Of a stretch of DNA of 64,000 nucleotides, positions 27,950 to 40,780 are shown one piece after another (within the stretch, counting starts at the first letter, position 1; every line of letters begins with the position of its first letter). The stretch comes from Eledone cirrhosa. Lineage: Eukaryota. The DNA lies in contig OZ024743.1 of assembly GCA_964016885.1 (NCBI GenBank), positions 349,928,001-349,992,000 of the forward strand, read 5' to 3'. The notes under the pieces were generated by a model. It saw only the letters and a list, made by a program, of their open reading frames with translations. It was not told where the DNA came from and did no database searches. The position numbers and the translations under genes are program-made.

Positions 27950-28245
27950 GTTAGAGTTTAGACTCAGAGAGGTCAGTTACAATCATTTCAGCTCTAGGAA
28001 TTGCTTCTGAGCAGTATAAATTAATATTTGATGAACATTTACATGTTATAGTTGCAATTGACTAATAAGATCGCTAGAGTGAAAAATCTTAATTCAACAA
28101 CATAAGGTCTGCCTGTACGATCTAGAAAAGATCGTACAGGCAGACCTTATGTTGTTGAATTAAGATTTTTCACTCTAGCGATCTTATTAGTCAATTGCAA
28201 CTATAACATGTAAATGTTCATCAAATATTAATTTATATATATATA

Positions 28246-28331
<86 letters not shown>

Positions 28332-28611
28332 TGAGCGTGAATCTAATAAACATTTGTCGTACTGCCTCTCTGTTCTGTCCCTGTTCAATTTTTTATTATA
28401 TATATATATATATATATAAAGAGAAAGAGAGAGAGAGGGGGGGATGAGAGAGGGAGAAAGCAATAATGAATACACACAATTCCTTAATTGAAGGACCAAT
28501 ATTTATTACATAATTTACACGTGTTTAATGAATGCGTAAACGTTTACTTCCAGAATTGGTGGTCCGATGTAGATATTAGGATAAATCAACCACAAATATC
28601 AACTTATCAAA
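27717..28611. repeat. Nested inverted repeats
   Basis: Outer arms 27717-27945 and 28398-28611 include CT/TA tracts. The inner palindrome 28017-28235 is essentially perfect with a 5-nt spacer. Confidence 0.92.
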
Positions 28612-28706
28612 GAGATATTTAATTTGTTGGTAATTCAACAAATTTATTTATAGCAGATTCGAAGCACTCAGCAAGTTTCCTGGAGTATAATATCAATGAT
28701 ATTAAT

Positions 28707-28971
28707 AAATGGAAAACTATATTTATAAAACCATATTTATTTTATTATATATATTTCAAGGGTACCAAAAACTTTGGTACGCCCTCATCAGAGCTTATCG
28801 GTTCAGGTTCCGAACGGAACCTCCTGAACCGATAAGGTCTGGTTTCTGGGGTATGTCATTATTTATAAAACAAATTTAGTATTTTATCTGATGAGAGCGT
28901 ACCAAAGCTTTTGGTACTCTTGAAATATATATAATAAAATAAATATTGTTTTATAAATATAGTTTTCCAAT
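28707..28971. mobile_element. Solo inverted pLTR pair of the 9270-12075 PLE family
   Basis: Both arms match 11940-12060. Central hairpin cttatcggttcagg...cctgaaccgataag. Confidence 0.8.
28881..28940 (+). ncRNA. Intact-looking minimal type-I hammerhead
   Basis: ATTTTAT-CTGATGA-GAGCGTACCAAAG/CTTTTGGTACTCTT-GAAA-T[ATAT]A-TA-ATAAAAT. Partial mirror copy at 28739-28792 (-). Confidence 0.85.
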
Positions 28972-28980
28972 TATATATGC

Positions 28981-29068
<88 letters not shown>

Positions 29069-29128
29069 GTGGAACACTGGAAGGTAATATCCGTAGTGGT
29101 AGAGCACTCAGTCCAAGGGACGAGTTAG

Positions 29129-31352
29129 ATAGAAGTGGTTACACAACAGTTAGTTCACCATACCGAGAACAATTGTTTCACATTCGCGGATATTCAGCTC
29201 GGGATGTGTATGGTTATAGGAACAGGAAGGACAACCGTACGAACGAGCATGCGCAGAAACACGGTCACTTCACACAGGCAATACTAGACCGCGCGGGAGA
29301 GGTGTAAGGGAGATAACTATGAAAGTCCGGAACATTTTTAGGTTGAAAATAAAATAAAAAGAATTAAAAATAAAATTACAAAGAATTAGTCCGGAGCCTT
29401 GTAGTAATGCAATAGATGTTTGGTGACGTATGGACAACGTGTGAAAAATTCACTCCTCGTGTTTAGGCAATCACTATTGTGTAATCTCTTTAGGATAGTT
29501 ATTCGTTCGTCAATACATAAACCACACGTCGGATTTCCCCTTGCGTATGGCTTGGACTTAGTGATGACTTTCCATTGAATGGAGTAGCCTATACTTGAAT
29601 CCTTGAGAGACCATACGTGGCTCGCCAGTTTCGTGGATGAACGTCTGTCCGGGTATCTGAAGGTAGACTGGTGGTTCAGGAAACGCTCCTTGAATCGGCC
29701 CTCCGCCATGCCCACATAGGATTTGACCTCCTGTGGTTCGTTTGGTCGGTTGGAAGTGACCACAGCTTCATAGATTACAGCTGGACTTCGCTACCACTTA
29801 TACCACCGTCGATGGTTTAGACAGGGAAATCATCGCTCACTGCCGGAAAACCCTCCTCTTCAACGACGGAGTAGCCTGGGCAAAGAAGTCTACATCTTCA
29901 GACCTGTTCGACGTCTCCATGGGATCGTTTGACAGTGCTGACGTATGTGACTTGGTTGGCCTTTTTATCTTAGACATATTACGTGTTAGATTCCTGGACT
30001 TCCACACGGGAATATACCGCGACGATGGACTGACTTTATCGAGCCATAAAAGTGGTCACGACCTCGACGGGTTTAAAAAGGACTTAGCTTCTACCTTCAA
30101 TGAGTTAGGCCTTAGGATAACAGTAGCCACCAACCTTTCTAGCGTAGATTTCTTAGACATTAATTTAGACCTTCGCACACTCACCCACAGACCCTTCCAT
30201 AAGCTAAACGAGAAACTTAATTACATTCACAAGGACTCATGCCACCCTCCCACTGTTTTTAGAAACTTCGTGAAGAATATCAGTACTAGAATCTCAAACT
30301 TCTCCTCTAATAAGGTTATCTTTGACAGGGCGGCACCCTACTATAACACGGCGTTGGCTAACAGCGGCTTCTCACAGCCTATCACCTACTCTCCCACTAG
30401 CAACAACACCATTAAGAAAAGTAAACTCATCAATAGACAAATTATCTGGTTCTCTCCTCCCTTCTCACTCAACGTTAAAACCAATGTAGGAAAACTATTT
30501 CTAGCCCTCTTAGATAGACACTTCCCCATAGGTCATAAATACCGCTCCATCTTTAACCGACACAAAGTAAAACTAGGATACTCCTGCGCTAAGAACATGA
30601 AGCCCCACATCACCAGCATCTCTAGGAGCAACACCCCACCAGGGTGCTCTTGCTGTAAGCCTGAAGCTTGTCTCCTTCAACAGCAATACAACACACGAAC
30701 TGTAATCTATGAAGCTGTGGTTACTTCCAACCGACCAAACGAATCACAGGAGGTCAAATCCTATGTGGGCATGGTGGAGGGCCGATTCAAGGAGCGTTTC
30801 TTGAACCACCAGTCTACCTTCAGATACCCGGACAGACGTTCATCCACGAAACTCGCGAGCCACGTATGGTCCCTCAAGGACTCAAGTATAGACTACTCCA
30901 TTCAATGGAAAGCCATCACTAAGTCCAAGCCATACGCAAGGGGAAATCCGACGTGTGGCTTATATATTGACGAATGAATAACTATCCTAAAGAGATTACG
31001 CAATAGTCATTGCCTAAACACGAGGAGTGAATTTTTCACACGTTGTCCACACGTCACCAAACATCTATTGAATAACTACAAGGCTCCGGACTGATTCTTT
31101 GTAATTTTATTTTTAATTCTTTTTATTTTATTTTCAACCTAAAAACTTTCCGGACTTACGCAGTTGTCTCCCTTACACCTCCGGCACGCGGTCTAGTATT
31201 GCCTGTGTGAAGTGACCGAGTTTCTGCGCATGCGCGTTCGTACGGTTGTCCTTCCTGTTCCTATAACCATACACATCCCGAGCTGAATATCCGCGAACGA
31301 AGGTGAAACAATTGTTCTCGGTATGGTGAACTAACTGTTGTGTAATCACTTC

Positions 31353-31355
<3 letters not shown>
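29129..31355 (+). mobile_element. Penelope-like element with an inverted 3' duplication of about 650 bp
   Basis: ORF 29919-30977 has MGSFDSADVCDLVG, GIYRDDGL, VDFLDI and the GIY-YIG VIYEAVV...SYVGM...FKERFLNH. 29129-29780 is the reverse complement of 30700-31355. Flanked by TA tracts. Confidence 0.9.
31278..31321 (+). ncRNA. Variant hammerhead in the PLE pLTR (mirror copy 29163-29202, -)
   Basis: CCGAG-CTGAATA-tcc...ggt-GAAA-C[AATT]G-TT-CTCGG. Stem I and the palindromic loop III are perfect; the core is non-canonical. Confidence 0.65.
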
Positions 31356-31445
<90 letters not shown>

Positions 31446-32231
31446 AAAGATCGGAATTAAAGTATTCCGCAGTTCACAGTAATAATAATAATACTAGCTC
31501 TATCCATTAGGCTAGATGTGTGGTAAACAGTACCCGTACTTGCTGACTGAAGATCATATGGGCTGTTATACCGCACATTTCTGTGATGAAACGGACTAAA
31601 TTCGTATCAGCAAGCTTATAGTTATAAGGTTAGTAATGTAAAACTCTACGTCAGATGGTAATGTCATCTTGGATGCACTTCAGTGCAGCCTCAACTTCAG
31701 CTCAAAGGATCACCTACGCTTTGCAGCTCTGCATCGAAATGCATCTGTATATAATTGTTCTGCGCTCCGCCGTCACCATTGCTTCAGGCAAGACGTTTAG
31801 TTTGGCCCATGTTCTTCTACATTTGTTTCTCCTCCATACCTGGGCCAAGCATTGTTCTTTATCAGTTAGGTCCATGTGAAACATGGCCTTTTCTTAGCTG
31901 CAGTGGCAGCAAATGTGTTGTTGCTGTTGTTGCTGGTCGTGTCATTGTTTATTTTGCTGTTATTGTCGTTCACGTTATTGTTCTTGACGTTGATGTTGTT
32001 GCTACTGTTACCGATGCTGGCTGAGTTATTGTTCGCAGAAAATCTCAGAAAAATCTCAGGTGGTGGTGGTGGTGTTTGCAATATATTTGTTGTTTCTTTG
32101 TTTTGAATAGTGAAGGTAATAAAGAAGAACAATTTTTAACGTAGTTTTTATTTTCACTTTCCTTTGAAAGGCTGTTACTGTTGGTGTTTTTTTTTTGTCG
32201 GTGACGATGTCTTTGGTAACACCGTTTATGT

Positions 32232-32309
32232 CTATGGTGGTAGTTGGGGTGGTTTCACCATGAGGCTGTAATGTATATATATATGAAACTACCCCAACTA
32301 CCACCATAG
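32232..32309. repeat. Short inverted repeat
   Basis: ctatggtggtagttggggtggtttca is mirrored by tgaaactaccccaactaccaccatag. Confidence 0.85.
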
Positions 32310-32375
32310 GGTAGAATGCTTCGAATCTGTTATAAATAAATTTGTTGAATAACCAACAAATTAAATAAGTCTTTG

Positions 32376-32436
<61 letters not shown>

Positions 32437-32990
32437 AACAACGCTAAATGAAACAGTCTACTTCATATTTTCAGATTATACAATTATACTCTATAGTGGT
32501 TTTGCGGATGGCTGCCAGCATATTTACGAGTCATGCGAATTCTTTCACAGAAAAGACGATTCACGAAGAATTTTTGGAAAACTTTAACATTTTTGCAATA
32601 GGTAATAAATTAACATATAATACTATTTTATCATTATTCAGTCGATTTTCTTTAGTGTTGTTATTGCTTAACCTCAGAACGACTCTGATCAGCAGCCCTA
32701 AAAATAAAATACCTTCCTTGTGTAATGATATTACTTTAAATTTTACGTATATATCCAACAATGGGTGTGTGATTAATAGACTCAGTTCTGACGATGCAGT
32801 AACCTGGACCAATCCCATTGCATAGCACCTTGGGAAAATTTAGTCAAATGAATGAAATTTGGCACATGAAATCTGCGCGGAGTCCCATCATATATACACA
32901 CACATATACGGGTGCGTAGCAGGTCGATACACAATAAAAACCCAAATACATATAAACGAAATTTCATAGTATTTCTTTATATATATATCT

Positions 32991-33041
<51 letters not shown>

Positions 33042-33080
33042 TATATTTATATATAAAGAAATACTATGAAATTTCGTTTA

Positions 33081-33140
<60 letters not shown>

Positions 33141-33159
33141 TATATACATATATATATAC

Positions 33160-33191
<32 letters not shown>

Positions 33192-33421
33192 GAAAAAGTA
33201 AGTCCTTCATCAGTGACCCTCCAACCGTCCCAGGCATTTCATCGCTTTACGGGCCATATGCCTCAGGTTGGTGCGAACAACGGCTAAAAAAAGTCGTTGG
33301 GACACGTAAATAAAGGGGACGTTAGGGTAACAAACAAAAAGGTTTAAGCAACGGAAAGTGAGAAGAAATAGACAAGTCCCGGATCTCTATGAATATAAAC
33401 TCGGTATATATATATATATTT

Positions 33422-34025
33422 GAAAAAAGGAAAAGAATGACTTCACTTGGAGTTCTAAACAATTTGATTTAATTTTATAATGTTATAACATTATGAGTTG
33501 GTAGATCTAGTAGTATTTGGTTCCAAATATTTTTCATTTGGTTTTGAAAGGTTCTTTTTCCAGATTCAGTTCATTCCATTCTTTAGAACGATGGAATTCT
33601 TCTGGTCGTGTGTAACTATTTCCGAGAGTGAGATTTGTTCTTGTTTCTGGCGGTCTGCAATTAGGGAATCGAGCTTCTCCCTATAGCTGTGTGTTTGTTG
33701 TTCCCTTTCACGGCATTATTACAGGAAATCTCAGAAAAACTCTCCATAATAATAAGTAAGTACGACTCTCATACTAATGCCATACATGAAATGGAACAAC
33801 AAACACGCAGCTATAGGGAGAAGCTCGATTCCCTAATTGCAGACCGCCAGAAACAAAATCAAATCTCACTCTCGGAAATAGTTACACACGACCAGAATTC
33901 CATCGTTCTAAATGCGTTTAAAGAATGGAATAAACTGAAACTGGAAAAAGAAGCTTTCAAAAATAGGAACCAAATGAAAAATATTTGGAAACAAATACTA
34001 CTAGATCTACCTACTGATAATGTTA
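33422..34025. repeat. Inverted repeat whose right arm continues at 40041-40113 after the Helitron
   Basis: 33422-33705 mirrors 33790-34025 plus 40041-40113. Confidence 0.9.
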
Positions 34026-37000
34026 TCTCTATATAAAAACCGGTTTTTTTTTCAAACTTTGCGTATGGCCCTGTGAGAGTTTTGAGCAAAAAAACTTTTC
34101 AAATTATTTAGTCCTAGGGATCGAATTAGTGAAGTGGACAATGTCTGTACATAATGAGGGAGTGAGAGGGGAGAAAAAGAAACGGAGAGGCGAAGTGACG
34201 AAGTGGCTCTCTACTCCTCCTCCTCCATCTCCCCATTCGTCACAGCGGTTTTCGATAGCAGGAAGAAATGTGAGTGAGTTATAAAGAGAAAGTGTGAGAG
34301 TGAAAGAAACAGACAGACTAAAAGAGGGGGATAGCGGGAGAGAGAGCGGGAGTGACAGACGCTGTGTTTGATACATGACAGTGGAGAAGGGGAAGGAAAG
34401 CTATAACTAATTAACATGTGTGCGTGTGTGTGTCCATGTGCGTGTGTGTGTCCGTGCGCGTGTGTGTGTGTGTGTTTGTGCAGCGTTCCACCAAGAGTTA
34501 AATCTATTAACATGTGTGTGTACGTGCACACGTGCATGTGTGAGTTTGCGTGCGTTTGTGCGTTTGCGTGCGTAAGTGTGTGTGTATACGTGCGTGTGGC
34601 GTTTCACTTACGCCATTTTTTTCAGTGCCAATATATTCACTAACTTACACTCATTCCAACCGCTGCTCTTACTGTTACCTCGCTCCCTATCCACACCCCG
34701 GTTAAGTCGGCACTCATGGCTTAGCAATTACATAGTCAACCGTTCGGAAATCACATGCATAGGTTTTTAATTCACTGACGAGTTTACTCCTTACTCTACC
34801 AGTGAGTTTCAGTGTACTTCGTCCTGCTTTTAGGTCATGCCTCGAAGGGAGAGATAGTCCATTGGCAGAAAATCTGCGAAAACAGCAACAACAAGAACAG
34901 GGCGGGCAAACAAATCGTCAATGGAATCTGCTATTCGACGGTCGCAAGATGCTAAACGTGCTGTCACCAGAAGAGCACTTAAAACAGACAACCAACGAAC
35001 CATTCGCCGAACTGCTAATGTCGCATCAACTTTTGTTGCACGAGCAGTGTAAAAGACGTCGGAATACGGATGCTGCGAATACTGCTGCTGCGCAAGCTAC
35101 ACAGACCTCGCAAGAACGAGACATTCGACTATAATGTAATGCTCAAGGAAGGGCCTTTGGTCAGGGTATTTCAAGGCCGTGTTGCTCACGGTGGTCCTTA
35201 AAAGCATTCGAGTATAACCCTGACTTTGATTACAATGGCCATCCAGACATGCGAATTGGAAGTATGTCAAAGATGTGCTCTTTCTGCAATGCAAAAAAGT
35301 GGCCCGGAGAAACACCTGGCTTGTGTTGCGCAAATGGAAAAGTAAAATTACGTCCCCTGGAGGACCCATCACAACCGCTGAAGCTCCAATATTCAAGCAG
35401 TACTGCGGAGTCACTGCATTTCCTGACTTACATCCGGAAGTATAACTGTGCTTTCCAAATGACATCTTTCGGACCGAACATTGTCAAAGAAGGCGGGTTT
35501 ATGCCCACATTTAAGGTGCAAGGTCAGGTGGACCATAGAATCGGATCCCTCCAATCTGCCGCCAATCAAGAAACTCAATTTCTTCAGCTGTACATTGTTG
35601 GAAATGTCAACGAGCAGGCAGCCACGAGGAACTCCATTTCACCTAGTACCAACGTCAAGCTTATAAGAAAACTGCAAGACATTCTGCAAACAACAAATAG
35701 CTATGTCATTAGCTTCAAGTATGCCTTGGAAGCAGATACCACAGCCAATTTTAATATGGTAATTGATGCCTCGAAAATGCCATCCGGGTCGGTATAATTA
35801 TCCTGCATGCAATGAAATCGCTGTACTTATGCATGTGGGTCAGCATAATCCACAAGACATTGTCCTCAAGCGTCGAGATAGCACTCTTCAGCGAATCGGC
35901 GAAACACATAGGTCTTACGATGCGCTCCAGTATCCACTTCTCTTTGTAAATGGTGAGGACGGCTATCAGTACGGAATTCATCAGCATAATTCAGTAAACC
36001 CTCAACACTCCGTCAAAAAAACAGTTTCATGCATGGATTTCTACTCCTACCGCTTCATGGTTCGCCACGATTCCTTCAATCACCTGCACAGTCAAGAGAC
36101 CTACTTCAACAATTCACCGTTGATATGTGCGCAAAAATGGAATCGGAGAGATTGTGTTTCATACGGTCACACCAAAGGCAAATGTGGTCCGAGATGTCAT
36201 CAACAATGACGCAGCTCCCAGCAGCGTAGGGAAAGTCTGCATTCTCCCCTCCACCTTCACAGGAAGTCCGCGCTACATGCACGAGAGAACGCAGGATGCT
36301 ATGACCTACGTACAGTATTACGGCAGGCCCGATCTGTTCATCACATTCACTTGCAATCCAAAGTGGAAGGAGATCGGGGCAGAACTGTTCCAAGGGCAAC
36401 AGGCCAAAGACAGGCATGACCTCCTGGCCCGAATCTTTCGGCTGAAGCTTATCAATCTTATGGAGCTCATCAAGAGAGGGCAAGTCTTTGGCCCATTAAA
36501 GTGCGACATGTACACCATAGAGTGGCAGAAGAGGGGCCTACCGCACGCCACATCCTCATTTGGCTGTCAACAAAAATATCTTCAAATGACATTGACAGCA
36601 TCATCTCCGCGGAGTTTCCCGATCCGTCTATAGACAAAGACCTCTATGACATAGTAAAGACAAAAATGGTCCAAGGTCCATGTGGGCGGGGTTTCAATTT
36701 AACCTCACCCTGCTTGAACGACAATGTTTGCAGCAAAAGATTTCCCCGAAAGTTCCTCCAAGAAACCCAGACTGGCGTTGACGGATACCCACTGTACAGG
36801 CGACGCCAGCCCGGAGACGGTGGTTTTACAGCAACAGTTAGACAGCACGAGATCGACAACACATGAATAGTGCCATACTGCCTATTTCTTTCCAAGACCT
36901 TCGGTGCTCACATCAATGTCGAGTTCTGTAATTCCGTCAAGTCAATCAAGTACATATGTAAATAAGGGTTCAGACGCTGCTGTGTTCGGTCTTCAACGGG

Positions 37001-40000
37001 ACAACAGCCGTGATGAGGTCGCGCAATACCAAGTTGGCCGTTACATCAGCAGCAACGAGGCTTTCTGGCGCATTTTCGGCTTCCCTATACACCAAAAGCA
37101 CCTGCAATTGAACAACTCGCAGTCCACCTGGAGAAGGTCAAAGGGTGTACTTCACTGACGTTAATGCTGCTCAAATGGTGGAGGAACCACGGGAAACCAC
37201 CCTCACTGCATTCTTCAAACTTTGTCAGGCCGATTCATTTGCTCAAACCCTGCTGTATCCTCAGTTGTCGTCCAATTACACATGGAATAAACAACAATGG
37301 GTTCGCAGAAAGGCAGGTCAGCCTGTTGATGGAAATCCTGGCATAAAGTTTGACAGTTGCCCCTGGGAGAGTTTACACAGTGCACCCGAACCAGCATGAG
37401 TGCTTCTACCTCCGTCTTCTGCTACATGAGGTAAGAGGACTCCAGTCCTTTCATGACCTTAGAACTGCCGACGGTTCCATGTGCAGCACTTACAGGGAAG
37501 CTTGCTTCAAGCGCGGCCTGCTAGAAGACGGTGCGCAGTGGGATGCCACTTTATTCGAAGCTGTTGCATCTCAATAGCTTATGCGCCTACGAGCTCTATT
37601 TGCAGTACTGCTGTAAACTTGCGAACTGAGTAATCCTATCTCTTTGTGGCTCAAGTATAAAGATGACTTATCCGAGGACTACAAACGTCAGGCGCAAGTG
37701 CAATACTCTGAGATGCAACGTACCAACGACGAGGTCTTCAATCTAGCGCTGATTGATATAGAGGATAGAGTTGCATCACTCGGCGGAAATGATTTGCCCT
37801 CATATTATCTGCTCCAAACACTCCGTACAGGGTCAAACGTACTTCCTACAGCTCTTCTCCGAGAAACGCGCTACGATGTCGATGCTCTTACCAAGTACGT
37901 CCTTGAAACTTAACGGCAACTTCTTCCGCACCAACGTCGTGCTTACACCATTGTTGCCGACCATGTGCGCCACAGAAAAGGAGGTATGTTCTTTCTGGAT
38001 GCTCCTGCAGGGACGGGCAAAACATTTTTAACGAGAATCCTCCTTGCAAAAGCCAGGATGCACAAGGACATTGCGGTTGTTGTTGCCTCTTCTGGAATTG
38101 CTGCCACTTTGTTGCCCGATGGCAGCACCGCACACTCCAGTTTTAAATTGCCTCTCAATTTAACAACGTCAGAAACGCCTACTTGCAGCATCAGCAAGAC
38201 CTCCGACCAGGGCCAAGTCCTAAAACGATGTCAGCTCATTGTGTGGGATGAGGGCACCATGGCACATAAGGGAGCTGTGGACGCATTAAACAGAGCTCTG
38301 AAGGACATCAGAGGCAGCCAGGCTCCCATGGGAGGTGTTACGCTTCTACTTTCGGGTGACTTCAGGCAGACTCTTCCCGTCATTCCCAAAGGCACAAGAG
38401 CAGATGAGGTCCAAGCATACCTAAAGTCCTCTCCTCTGTGGCGCCATGTCAGGACACTGATTCTTACAACCAGCACGAGAACTCAATTACACGGCGATCA
38501 AACGTCCGCGGAATTTGCACAGGACATTTTGAAACTTGGCGACGGCAAAATACCTCTGGACGCTGCAGGAGAGCTGGAAGTGTGGCCATTTTCGACATCA
38601 GTTAATTCTGCGGGGGAACTGAAAGACATAGTTTTTCCAGATTTGAGAGACAATTATCAGAACCACGCATGGTTGTGCGAAAGAGCAGTGCTAGCTCCAA
38701 TAAACGTCGCTGTTAACAAAACCAACGACCAACTACTGCACTCCCTTCTTAGTGTTCTTCACACTTACAAATCTGTTGACACGATGCCAGATCCCAATGA
38801 AGAGGTGAACTTTCCGCCGGAGTTCCTTAATTCTTTGGAGACCCCAAGACTACCGCTTCACATGCTTCTCCTTAAAGTTGGCACCCCTGTAATGCTGCTG
38901 CAGAATTTGGAACCACCAATATTGTGCAACGGGATACGGCTCGCTGTAAAAAAATTGATGGCACATGTAATCGAGGATGATAAAAGGTGATGATGTCTTC
39001 ATTTCGAGAATTCCTCTCATTCCTTCGAGAGCAGAAATTCTGTTCACCTTCCGAAGACTCCAACTTCCGCTTTGGGTCAGTTTTGCTATGTCCATCAACA
39101 AGTCCCAGGGCCAGATTCTTTCTGTGGCCGGACTTCTTCTAGAAGAACCGTGTTCCTCCCACGGATAATTGTACGTTGGGTGCTCTAGAGTGGGCAGCAG
39201 GGAAAGTCTTTTAGCATTTGCACGCCGAGGAAAAAGAAGAAACATCGTTTACAATGAGGTGTTGTAAATGCAACAGCGAGGAGATAGGTCCGTAATCATC
39301 ATTTCTTTAGCCAGCCTGATGAGTTTCTTAACTAAAGCGTATGTTTCCCTCGGTTTAAGGTGATCGCTTTCAGAGAGGAACCCAGCTTGACAATCGGCGC
39401 GGCAATTTAAGGCGGCTGAACAAATCGTGAACGCATACAAAGTCATTCTAATGGCTGCCAATGAACGCAACTGAAGTCCTTTTTGCGGCCGTTGGAGAAT
39501 GCAGTCAAAGTCCTCTCCAGGGCTGCAAGTGAACGATCAAACGGCCCTTTTTAGAGCCGAAATTGTTGATGGTGACCCCTCATTTTTATGGCTGTCAGTG
39601 AACGCACACAGAACCCTATTTAAGAGGCCCTACTTGAAATTGTTTGACAGCTACCTCAATGGTAAATTCAAATCGTCCAGCATCCGCTAAAACAGTGTTA
39701 TAAGCGTTACAGTGGACAGACAGGTACGGTATCGCTCTTCTTAAAAAGCCTGGTTTACCTTTTACTTATTTTTCCTAACAACATTTGCTTCCTTTGGTTA
39801 AAGGTTAACACAGACACGACCCTTTCTTAGCCCCTCCCCCTCCCCCTTCATGAAATTGGAAATATATTTTGCTCACAACAATTATTTTTTTTATGAACTT
39901 AGAATTGATTACCTCGTGTGTCCCAATTGAAGAATAAATTGAATTTAGAATAATACATTTCTATACAACATATTTTGCTCTTTTCTTCTAATATGTAAGG

Positions 40001-40040
40001 AACAATTTCATTCCCGGGCAACGCCGGGTGCTTATGCTAG
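34026..40040 (+). mobile_element. Full-length Helitron (6015 bp), Rep-Hel pseudogenised
   Basis: A|TC 5' end, 3' hairpin CCCGG-GCAACG-CCGGG (40013-40028) and CTAG|T. Motifs PDLFITFTCNPKW, EWQKRGLPHA, FFLDAPAGTGKT, IVWDE and GDFRQTLPV. CDS about 34837-39267 with many frameshifts and stops. Confidence 0.95.
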
Positions 40041-40172
40041 TAATATTATAAAATTGAATCAAATTGTTTAGAACTACAAGTGAAATCATTCTTTTTTCCT
40101 TTTGTTTAAATATACATAACTGTACCAAGGATTTCACACATTTTCCAATATATATATGTATATGTATATATC

Positions 40173-40204
<32 letters not shown>

Positions 40205-40308
40205 AGCAAGATGTATGGTAGGTCGTATGTGAATCGCGATGATCACGTCTGACCTACCAAATTTGTGACGGTAGCTAGTTAAGCTCTATGCGTGTAAGCA
40301 GAGCAGAA

Positions 40309-40695
40309 ATATTAGTGAAAAAGAACAAAGGAACTATTATGACATTATAACAAGTTTATTGCCGACAGCCTTTTCGTCCGACCATATGGTGGGACTTTTC
40401 AAGGCATATAACATGTGATTGTAAGATCATTATTTACATCAACGTATCACTCAAGACTAGCAGTTTGAAATTGTGGTATACATCAGCAGCTTCGCTTGTA
40501 TAGACCCCAACTATACAAGCGAAGCTGCTGATGTATACCACAATTTCAAACTGCTAGTCTTGAGTGATACGTTGATGTAAATAATGATCTTACAATCACA
40601 TGTTATATGCCTTGAAAAGTCCCACCATATGGTCGGACGAAACGGCTGTCGGCAATAAACTTGTTATGTCATAATAGTTCCTTTGTTCTTTTTCA

Positions 40696-40702
<7 letters not shown>
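40309..40702. repeat. Near-perfect palindrome with 195-bp arms and a hammerhead in each arm
   Basis: Arms mirror around ccccaa (about 40505-40510) with very few differences. The right end abuts (TA)n. Confidence 0.95.
40608..40654 (+). ncRNA. Intact-looking U3-A8 variant minimal hammerhead (mirror copy 40360-40406, -)
   Basis: TGCC-TTGAAAA-GTCCcACCA[TA]TGGTcGGAC-GAAA-C[GGCT]G-TC-GGCA. Stems I, II and III all pair. Confidence 0.85.
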
Positions 40703-40729
<27 letters not shown>

Positions 40730-40780
40730 ATGTGTGTGCATTTCTATAAACTAACATTGTCATAGGTTAAAAAGTAACAG

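Noticed and set aside
30975-30977. In-frame TGA as selenocysteine (reported for some PLEs)
   Set aside because: The inverted duplicate has CGA (Arg) at this codon, so CpG decay explains it.
31876-32106. Hydrophobic ORF as the ACE signal-peptide exon
   Set aside because: GTG start, degenerate (GTT)n low-complexity sequence and no convincing splice link.
32785-32830. CTGACGA-TGCAGT...ATTGCA hammerhead start
   Set aside because: No GAAA follows stem II, so it is too incomplete to call.
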